In this document: piece by piece, positions 54,210 through 64,000 of the stretch
How the letters are laid out: every line of letters starts with the position of its first letter
Numbering within the stretch: position 1 is the first letter of the stretch
Source of the DNA: the human T2T-CHM13v2.0 reference genome, Homo sapiens
DNA: 64,000 nt
NCBI RefSeq assembly: GCF_009914755.1
Contig: NC_060947.1
Reading direction: 5' to 3' (one strand)
Notes under the pieces: generated by a model
The model's input: only the letters and a program-made list of their open reading frames with translations
The model's database searches: none
What the model was told of the DNA's origin: nothing
Program-made: the position numbers and the translations under genes

Positions 54210-55230
54210 ACCTACTATATACCTGGCACCATGAAATATTTTATAAGCATCAGCTATTTCATGCTCACAGCAACCTCGTGAGATAGATTTCGCTATCTCC
54301 ATCGCCATCGTCACCACTATCATCGCTCCCAGGATTGTACTCTCAAGGGCTCAGAGAGAATGCCAAACACCTGTGGCTGCACAGCCAATGCTGGTAGTCA
54401 TATTTGAAGTCAGGCCTGCTTGGTGCTCTTTCCACTGTGCAATTTCACTGGTTCACTTGTTTAATCACCTTCTAGGCTCATAATGTCTCTGAGAGGTTGA
54501 TAAGATTAAACTGATTTTATGGAGAAGGAAATTTCGTCCCAGAACAGTTAAATGACTTGCTCAAGATCACACAGCTAGTTGTTGAGGGAGATGAAATTTC
54601 ACTCCAGGATTCTTGGATTACAAAATTCAAACCTTTTTTAATACCCTGTTTGCCTCACCCACATAAAGTTTCAACTGAAATCTTATTAATTGTTAAATAC
54701 GAAGGAAAAATAACAAAATAATCTTAATAATACTACTTTCTAGTTCTTTGGCATTATGTGTTTTCTACACATATTGTTATATAACACATAATATATATTG
54801 TTATATTGTTAAATCTTTTAGATTTGGTCTTCACTCAATTTCTGGAGCAAGGAGACAGGGGAGGGAGCCATTATTGTCCTAGAGAGGTCACAGATGTGGG
54901 GCATCCATTTCTGAGTGGCTTAAGTTCCAGCGCTCTCACTCCCCTGTCATGTGACTTGATGAATTTATTTGGTGCTTTTCTGAGCCTTTGTTTCTTCATA
55001 TAATAAAACAGAGATGATATATTACTCAGACTCTGTAGCGAATTGTGTTGTCAACAGATGAGCTCATGAATGAGCTTTGCAGTCACCTGCTCTCATTGGT
55101 TCTCTTTCCATGTTAGAAGTGAGGAAAGTCATGCCCAGGTGACCTAAGTGAGGCGTCCCAGCTCACACAGGTAATAGTGTTGCCAAAGCTCAGTCCTGTT
55201 TCTTGACTCCTAGTTGAGTGCTATTTTTGC
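54210..55230. mobile_element. Cluster of about 4 MIR fragments, mixed orientation
   Basis: For example gttaaatgacttgctcaagatcacacagctag (-) and catgtgacttgatgaatttattt...ctgagcctttgtttcttcatataataaaa (+). Confidence 0.7.
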
Positions 55231-57239
55231 TAATCTTGGCCATTATTTTTCAAAAGTGTTCTGTCAATGCAGTTTAAATCAAAAGATCAACTGCCAATGC
55301 TGTCAGAGAGCGATAGACTTAAAATCAATAACTATGTGTGCCACTCCTCTCCTAATTAGATATCCCCAGCATGTTTCTGGATGTTTCATGCTGCTGAGAA
55401 GAGTGACGGCATTTTTCCACTCAATTATACCCAAGGAAACATTGTTCAATTTAGTAATAGTTTTAGCACTTGTAGAAGAATTTGAAAACTTTAGAAAAAT
55501 CTCATACGTTTTACAATCTCACTGTCTTAGAGAATGGGATTTGGGACTAGGTCTACCCTTTATCTTCATGCTTTTATGCAGCGCTTTAAAATTTTGATAT
55601 TGAAGAGGGCCTGAAACTGGGTGACCTGTGTTGCCCTTTACTACTGGATTAAAATTTCAGGTTGCTACTATGGTAACCGTACCTTGAAAATTAGATCCTG
55701 ACAGAGTCACTAAGAAATGTAAAAGTGCACTGCTGCCATGAACTTTGAAGAAAGGTTGCATACAATTGTCAGCGACAGCCTCTTAATTGAAATAATCTGC
55801 CTTTCCCATCTGCTAGAAAGAGTTTGTGTGTCTTGGGGAGGAGGGACAAAAAGATTATATCTTGATGGATTTTTAACACAAAAATGGCTGTAGTTCGAAG
55901 CAGAGCTGTTTTCTGCATGAGATTTAAATCAACTTCAGCTCAATTTATGCTATTCAGAAAGAAATGTGATACTCAGTATTCACGGTGGCAAGAAGCCAAG
56001 ATACACAGTAAAGATGTAACGATACTAAGAGAAGATACTGCTGGGGATCTATCCCAGAAAAACCCCAGTGGCCCCAGGGTCCAAATGGCAACCTTTTTCA
56101 AACCACAGATTTCTGTGCCCAGGCTTCTGGGAAGTTGGGGAATGCAGAGCAGCCGCATGACAGACTTTCAGATCAAGAGGGCCAGCAGTCACTGATTTGC
56201 TTAGTGGCATAAAAGCTGAGATCATATTGATGCTCCCAGAGCCAGGGAAATGAAACAAGCAACATAGGGTCTCTTGGCTTTCAGGAACATGAGGGTGAGT
56301 GGCACTTGCAATTTCAGGAATTCCTTTGTGCATGTCTTTCCCAAGGCAAGCACATCACGGTGTGTCTGGCTTTATAATTAGTTGTGGCTGTATCTGTGTT
56401 TCCATAACAGGACTTTTGTTGTTGTTGTTATTGGGCCTTTTTCTTTTCTTTATTTTTTTCGACATTCTTATAAAAGGATTTTGATTTGTGCTTCTAATGC
56501 CACACATAGAAAATGACTCTTTAACTCTCTGAAGGTCTCAAAAATTTCAGACCAAAAGTGATGTTCTCACTCTGAGAATGTTGGTATACTATTTTGCACA
56601 AAACAGATATCAAATATTAAATCTGTTGGACAATATCAAGTAGTTGGGACTGAGGGATGTGGAGCCATAGGAATTCTCACCACCTAGTGGTGGGACAGTA
56701 CCTTGAGGGGTAGTTCTATCTAAAGACTTTGGGTAGAATCGCCTCTCACCTCATTTGCGAGTCTCTTCATTTTGGTTTGGTCAGCGTGGGTACTAAGGAG
56801 ACTGTGATAGTGACGACTGAATTGTGATATACTTCCAAACCCAAGCAATGCCCATGAAAGCCCAACAAAGACATATCACCAGTCTTCTACCTGTGAGGAC
56901 TGTGGAACCACAGGTAGCAGGATGTTTGACTCTCCTGAACATAATAGTTTCACAAATCTATTTACCTGAGTGGAAGGGGTGGTATCCACTCCCCTATTTC
57001 TTCAGCAGCCGGTACAGGAAGAACCTACTACACAACAGATAACCAGAAAATATTCTTGAGTGTAAAGTGAAAGAATGATCCAGAAGGTGTCACTTGCTCT
57101 GAAGTAACTTTTTTTTAAATATTGTATTCTTATATTTGTTAATCCATATTTTAAAAGTAGTATCGTAAGAAGAAATATAAATGCATGCATGTGTGCATAT
57201 GTGTGCTCATATGTATGTGGCTGGAAAGCAAATACAATG

Positions 57240-57470
57240 CAGAACTTGAAGTGGACAGGCTCTGTGCTGGAATGGCTGGGTTCAAATCCCAGCTCCACCA
57301 TCTTTTAGCCATGTGATCTTGGTCAAGTTACTTAACCTCTCTATCACTCAGTTTCCTCATCTGTAAAATGGTGAGTAGTAATAGCACCTACATGATACGA
57401 TTAAATGATTGAAGTGCTTATCACAGTGCCTGGTACGTAGGAATTTTTTGATAAACACTTTTATTAATCA
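57240..57470 (+). mobile_element. Near full-length MIR
   Basis: gggttcaaatcccagctccacc...tgtgatcttggtcaagttacttaacctctct...ctcagtttcctcatctgtaaaatgg...acagtgcctggtacgtag. Confidence 0.9.
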
Positions 57471-57819
57471 TGTTCATGATTATTGCGGTCATGATCACTG
57501 AGTCTTTTGAGTGAGTGCTGTTTGTACTACATTCCAATCTTCAGTCACTTGGGAAGCCTTTCACTCTCTTCCCTGACTTGTCCCAGAGGTCTCCAGTTGG
57601 AGAAAGACCTCTCCAGAAAGAGCAAACCTGGACTACATTGAACATTTCCTTGGCTCACCTGCCTACCCCAGTCCCAGAGGATAAAAACAAAGAATGGCTA
57701 GAACGTCTTAAATGTATAGATATTTGGTACTAGGCACAGTCTTCTCGTTCTTGGAGCTCAACACAGCATCTTATCCCAGTCACAATTGTACTCTTAGTTT
57801 GTAGTTATTTCTAAAAATA

Positions 57820-58000
57820 AAAGCTAGGACTTATTAAGTGCCAAGCACTATGCTGAGTGTTTTATATCCACTAGCTAATTGACTATTTACAACCCAGTGA
57901 GATGTAGGCACTACCGTTACCCACATTTTACAAATGAAGAACTGGGTTTCATGACTTGAAGCTAAATTTTTATAGCCAGTAATGATGGATTCATTACTTG
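57820..58000 (-). mobile_element. MIR SINE
   Basis: gtgccaagcactatgctgagtgtttt...cccacattttacaaatgaagaactg. Confidence 0.75.
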
Positions 58001-60077
58001 AACTTATGTCTGGTTGACTCCAGTAAGAGACCCCTTAACCCTGGCCCTCCTGCCTACCCATGGACTCTCCAATCTCAGAGTCCACCTGGACTTGATTGTC
58101 TTGGGAAATGGCACCACCTCCTCAGAGGTAGTGGAGCAAATACAAGAATACAAGAGGGAGAAAACAATGGAGGACAGGAATTTGGCCAGAGATATTCTCT
58201 GCTCCTGAGTCCCAAAACATCCTCTCACATTTTGTAAAATCACCACTGGGATAATTTGCTGAGTCATAATTTTTAATTCTGTGGTTCACATATATATGAA
58301 AAACTGCTTTTGAAATATATAACAAGCATGTTGTCAATTTTCTAATCAGGTGGAACAAATTCTTTTCTTTATTCCCAGTTTTTGCATGCATAAAGGAAGT
58401 CGTCTGAATAAGAAAACATGTCAATAAAATTTCATGGAATAGCCTCTGCCATTCTGTGAAATAAACATTCCATTCCCTTGCCTGGGCAAATTGTTCCTGT
58501 TGCTGCATATCTACTTCTGTTTCCTTGGTCTAAAAAGACACTTCAGACTCTGCCTTTAATTACGATAAGGCTTGACTATTAACCCTTGAGAATTAACCTT
58601 ATTTTTGCTAGGAGGGAAGGTAAAATAACATTTAAATTGGTTTTAAGAGTAGGAATGGAATCTCAGAAGACACACTAATGTAGAATACACTGTATATCAA
58701 AATATATAAGTGCATAGTTGTAACAGTGGCTTAGTAAACATATTGCTGAGTGAACTATGAAAAATAATTCACCAAGGTACTGTTTCCCATACTCCTAAGC
58801 ACTAAGTTAAGAGAGTAATGCCATAAAGTACATATGCACTGTTTAAAAATATTTGTGTGTTTTTTAAAGAATACTTTCTTCAGGCCCAATAGACGAATCA
58901 TTTTTTCTTCCCTTGCTAAAATGTACACTGTAAGGAATTTAACTAAGTGGTATATTAAGTGAGGGTCTAAAATAGTTGTAGAAGATAACAATTCTGAGCA
59001 AAGAAATGTCTTTAGCAATTTGATTCTGAATGCAACATAAATTAACTTTATAAAATAGAATTAAAAGAAGTTCAGTTATAGCTTTCCAATTTTTCATATA
59101 ATTTAGCATTTCATACTCATTGTGTTTGCTACTGGCACTTTTATTATAAAAGCCTGAAACTGCAGGTCAAATGAGTACTTATGTGGATATAAATACACTG
59201 ATTTTTGTTTTTCAGAGAGAGATCTTTCTCTGAACAACATGATTTATCCAAGTTAAGAGACTACCTCTGTGGAAGAGCAACTCTCTTGAAAACCATTCTT
59301 CACATAAGGTTTTATGCAAAACTCCTAGAAACCTGTTCAAAAATTATAGAATAATAGGAGGTGTTCCTAAGCTTTCAACCCTCCAATGCTCTTGCTTAAA
59401 TTTTAGATCTCAACTAAAGTAACTTGACTTTTCAAATTATGTTTCAATTCAGGTTTGTTGTCTTTTAATTCCATATTAAAAAGTTTGATGAGATTAGGAT
59501 GAGAAGAGAGGGGAGATGATAAGGCAGTTCATTATGCACATCAAAGCATTTCAAAACATATCTGGTTTAAAGCCATTAAATAATTTCCCAAATTTGAACC
59601 TGTGGTATAAAACTCTTTTTTTAGTCTAATTCCAATAACGTAAATGGGATACATGAGGAAAGATTTCAAAGCAACGTTTCTTATAAATAGAATTTCAATA
59701 GCTTCTCCTTTTAAAAGGAAAGCAAGGGGTAAAGTGGATGAATCATGTCAGTCTCCCATAATGAGAAAACAGAGAAAATGCACATTCACATGCCCACCCT
59801 ATTATGGTGTAGTTTGGCTGCATGATGGTTATTACTGAATGATTATAATACACAATTTTACATGGGAGATAAAAAGAAAATCATATATAGATGTTTTCCC
59901 ACTTGAAGCAAACCTCTCACAGAAATTCTAGCATATATTTCCATACAGATAAAAAGGTAGTTTTTCACCCTTAAAAAGAATCCTTCACTTTGAAAATGAT
60001 TCACCATAGTTTCCCTCTAAATAGTAAGCTCATCTCATGCATTTACAATATGGTTTGATTTTCAAAACATCAATTTA

Positions 60078-61591
60078 CATGCACTTTCCAGTAACAAATC
60101 TATTGTGCCATGTGATGCTTACTTGTATAGGATAAAAAAGCAAAAGTATTTTTTCTAATTAATACACAATATTATAATGTACAACATACAAATATCAATT
60201 CGTTTTGTTCAAACTAATAATAAGTACTTGGAAATGGAGATGCAAGAAAACCCCACTTCATTCACAACAGTTATATGGATTTACATTAAAAAACTATAAA
60301 ATAACACCGAAGTACATAAACAAGGTTTGAAAGAACTAGAAAGGTATATATGTTCTCATAGCAGAAGTGTTATAGTGTTATTTCTCCCAAAATTAATTTA
60401 TAATGCAATTCCAATTAGAATTCCTCAAAATGATTCTTTTTAGCATGAGACAAATTATTGTATAGTTCATATACTAAAAGGGTAAATGCTCAACCATAGT
60501 AAATGAAAAGAAAGAACAGTAGGAAAGATTTTCATTACTAGATATATGAAAAAACTACAATACGCTTTAACAAAATCAATACATTATTAGCATGAAAATA
60601 GATACTAGATCAACAGAAGAGACAATTCAATCTCTCTCCCTATATATGTATGTAATATGTAACAACAGCATTACATTGATTCAAAGAGAAAAAAATTGAT
60701 ATGTAATGATGATACTGGCACTACTAGATCTCCATTTAGAAGAAAACAAAGGTAGTTTCCTATCACATTTAAATATATTAAAGTAGGAAGAGAATGAGAA
60801 AAAATAACTAATGGTTACTGGGCTTAATATCTGGATGATTAAATAATCTGTACAATAAACCCCCATGACAGGAGTTTACCTACGTAACAAACCTGCACTT
60901 GTACCCCTGAAATTAAAATAAAAGTTAAAAAAGATACAAATATAAAATATAAAACAACAACAATGAAAATACCTTTAGTAAAAATGCTTGGAACTCTGTT
61001 TCTACAATCTAGGGGAGAGGGTCCTTCTTAATTAAGTCAGAAATCCAGAAGTTCTAAAAGATGAATAACTATAAACAACTGAAATATAACATTTGTATTG
61101 AAAAAGATGCCATGTTTCTATAAACAAATGGAATTTTCCTACATACAATGAAATGAAAGTTTGTATGAATAAAAATTAAGTTTTTATGAAGAATAAAATA
61201 AAAACAGAAAAACAAATGTAGACAAATATTTGTTTAAAAATTATTAAAATGTATAATTAAAAATTAAAATATTTAATTAAAAATTAAAAACACTATATAG
61301 CACATCTGACATGCCAAGCAGTATTCTAAGCTCTTTACCTGTTTTATGTCGTTTATTCTTTTTTAATTAATTGATTTATTTTTTTATTATACTCTAAGTT
61401 CTAGGGTACATGTGCACAATGTGCAGGTTTGATGCATAGGTATACATGTGCCATGTTGGTTTGCTGCACCCATCAGCTCATCATTTACAGTAGGTATTTC
61501 TCCTAATGCTATCCCATGCACTTTCCAGTAACAAATCTATGGTGCCAAGTGATGCTTACTTGTATAGGATAAAAAAGGAGAAGAATTTTTT
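60078..61591 (-). mobile_element. Composite insertion: L1PA 3' end (61359-61514) plus about 1.2 kb of passenger DNA, between ~77-bp direct repeats
   Basis: Repeats 60078-60154 and 61515-61591 are 72/77 identical. The right copy is followed by TTTT/AAAA. The L1PA 3'UTR abuts the right copy. Confidence 0.75.
60230..61120 (+). mobile_element. Old L1M fragments with a nested L1PA15/16-like 3' end (about 60785-60935)
   Basis: ctcccaaaattaatttataatgcaattccaattagaattcc, and aataatctgtacaataaacccccatgacaggagtttacctacgtaacaaacctgcacttgtacccctgaa. Confidence 0.8.
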
Positions 61592-63009
61592 TAAAAAATT
61601 TGAGTCGATAGTTTATAGTTTGCTTGTCTTTAATATTAACTATTTATAGTCCAGCAGATTTTGCTAACACAAGTTGAGATGGAGATGCCACTGGCTGCCT
61701 AAAAGCTAATTCTGTAAAGCTCATTCTTGATTATCAAAATGCCGTATTTCAGCAGCAGCCGATCAAATACGGCCTTGTTCTTGTTCTCATGGGAATCTAA
61801 TCCTTGAGTCCCTTCTTTCCCCTTAAATTTGTCTGGTTCACAGACACATTCCATGAGCTGAAAATCTAACAATAAATTGAGAAAATTAGATCAGTTTGCA
61901 TAACATTTGAAAAGGAATGTAGCCTTTGTTTGCACAGCCAAGGTAAAATGGACAGATCAGTAACTGGAAGTGTGGTGTAGCACCTCACAGAACATGAATT
62001 CTCTAAAGAACCCTGGCAACCCATGTGAAAATGTTACGTGGAATCATCATTTTGAATAGAGCAAAATGACGCTGGAAAAGAGCTAGGGCTGAGCTGTGCA
62101 GCATCATTTGAGATCTGTGCATCCAGAAACTATAAGCACATCTTGAATACAGAAGACGCACCTCCCTGCTTTCACGGTAATATTTTAAATAGTGTGCTGG
62201 CTGGCTTTGCTTTTTAAAACAAATGTGTTTAATCTTTGTTAGGGTGAGGGTGAAACCACACAAGAACATTTACAGCAATATGTAAATTGACATTATATGG
62301 CTTTTCTACTCTCCTAAGAAACTTTATTAGGGGAAGTCACTTTTTTTCTGCATAGAAATAGCAGCCCCTAAAATATATCTAAGCAGTTAAGGCTTCACCC
62401 CAACAGCTTGAGTAAACACATTTTTTTAACTTTCCCATGGACTTCAACTTTGAAGGTTTTACATAAGGTAATTCTGAAGTGGTTGTACAGAGTTAATCCT
62501 GGGTCTTTTATTTATAAAGCATTAATTTCAGACTTTTTAAAAAATGTAATTTTCTCAGATAATGTCTGAGAACAAATTGAGCTTCTAAGATTTAAAAAGA
62601 AAAGATCCAATTGTGTTTATTTGTGGCCACCAAGCAGGTCAGTGGGAGAATCATGTATGTGTCACTAAGTGATTATTTTGAGAAATTGAGTATACTGACT
62701 CATCTTCTAATTGAAAATTGCGTTGCTGCTGTGCTTTTTTAAAAGTTACTTATTAATATCAGACAACTTTCCTTGGAAGCTTAGGCTATATGGTCTTATT
62801 TATGCCATGCAAATGATGTGAATAGTTGAGGCAAATAAAATCAGAGGAAAAGAAAATAACCTCATTTTTCTATCAATTATGTGTATGTGTGAGGCAAAAT
62901 TATTTTAAGTGTGAAATATTTAGATTCTCTTTTTCTAAATCCTTTATCATGAAATAGTTACTATGAAATATTAATTGGTATTCAGCAAAAAAGGGAATTA
63001 TATGATCCA

Positions 63010-63215
63010 ACATATTTGGGAAACAGCGGGTTAAAAAAAACTAACAAGTCTTTTCATTGTAGGAATTCTTTGAGCCTTTAATATGCAAATGCTCACTGTG
63101 TTTCTACAAGAGGGGTGTAGAATATGAAGTGTTTTTCAAACTAACTTGGCTATAGAATTTTTTTTCCCAGAATCTCTACCAACATGATGTGGAATAATTT
63201 GGGCCTCTCCAATCT
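63010..63215. mobile_element. hAT-Charlie-type DNA transposon fossil
   Basis: tttgggaaacagcgggttaaa...gagcctttaatatgcaaatg...ctacaagaggggtgtagaatatgaagtgtttttcaaact. Confidence 0.6.
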
Positions 63216-64000
63216 AGATAACTACACCATTATAGAGTTCTTTGTGCATAGGTAGACTCAGCTTCAATATCTACCTGGAGTATGGATGCTCATTATCTTT
63301 TATCTTGCCATCTTCACTCCACCTTTACTCCAGTTGCCCCGCCACATCTGAAAATACATTTTAAATCAAATATCCCTTATAGGCAGCTTAGTGAAATTAC
63401 AGATAATTTGTATTTCAAAATTTTGGGGGCTTTATTTTTGTATTGATAATATGGAGGGTGTTCTGAAATTCCACCAACTTTCACCCAGATTTCTTTTGTG
63501 AGGAGCCTTTTGTCTGTTTTTTTTTCCCCCCTCAGACCACCTGCAACTGTAAGTTGTCTCCGGGGTGGCTGGCTGGGATCATCTTCCTTCACTGTGAAGA
63601 GAAAAGCTGGCTGAATAGAGACAAAAACACTGCATACTCACTGAACATTCTTGGGAGATAATTTGCTGCCATGTTTTATAAAACCAGGGGCTGGATGTGC
63701 TTAAGAGCTTTTTATTAAATATTGCCAAGAGAGATAATAGTCCTATTATCCAGGTGACTTTTGAGACCATTCTGAATGCTAGTATTATTGAAAATGCAGT
63801 AATGAAGTCAACTCTCAAATCTAAGCATGTGGATCGTCCACTTCAGACTGTGTCTTCCCTAGCTGGCTTGTTGAGGCCACTCAGCCCAGCTCTGGGCTGC
63901 CTTCCCCTGCCCTCTGTGGGAATGTGTTTTGAGAATGCAAACACGCATAACATTAGACTGAGAAAAAATGCAATTAAGAAGATATTTTTTAAAAAATGAT

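Overview
Primate (human-like) genomic DNA, AT-rich and CpG-poor. The window lies inside a large + strand gene that I recognise as AFF2 (FMR2; AF4/FMR2 family, X-linked). Four short internal coding exons with canonical AG/GT borders (11435-11479, 39205-39291, 44526-44562, 44942-44993) splice in frame to [74 protein letters not shown]. The rest is intron, filled with ordinary repeats: many MIR, L2 and L3 fossils, old L1s, four Alus, a MER11 solo LTR, an MLT1A LTR, hAT DNA-transposon fossils, microsatellites and an antisense 7SK retrocopy. Nearly all ORFs in the supplied track are noise. I see no new multi-gene system. The leads most worth testing are (1) a CpG-enriched candidate internal promoter/first exon (ATG 7920, donor 8022) in frame with the next AFF2 exon, (2) an apparent L1 3' transduction with a ~77-bp target-site duplication (60078-61591), (3) an AG|GTAAGC recursive-splice-like acceptor at 11435, and (4) the antisense 7SK copy inside a P-TEFb scaffold gene. 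Exon numbers and repeat subfamily names come from memory, and repeat edges are approximate unless fixed by a TSD.
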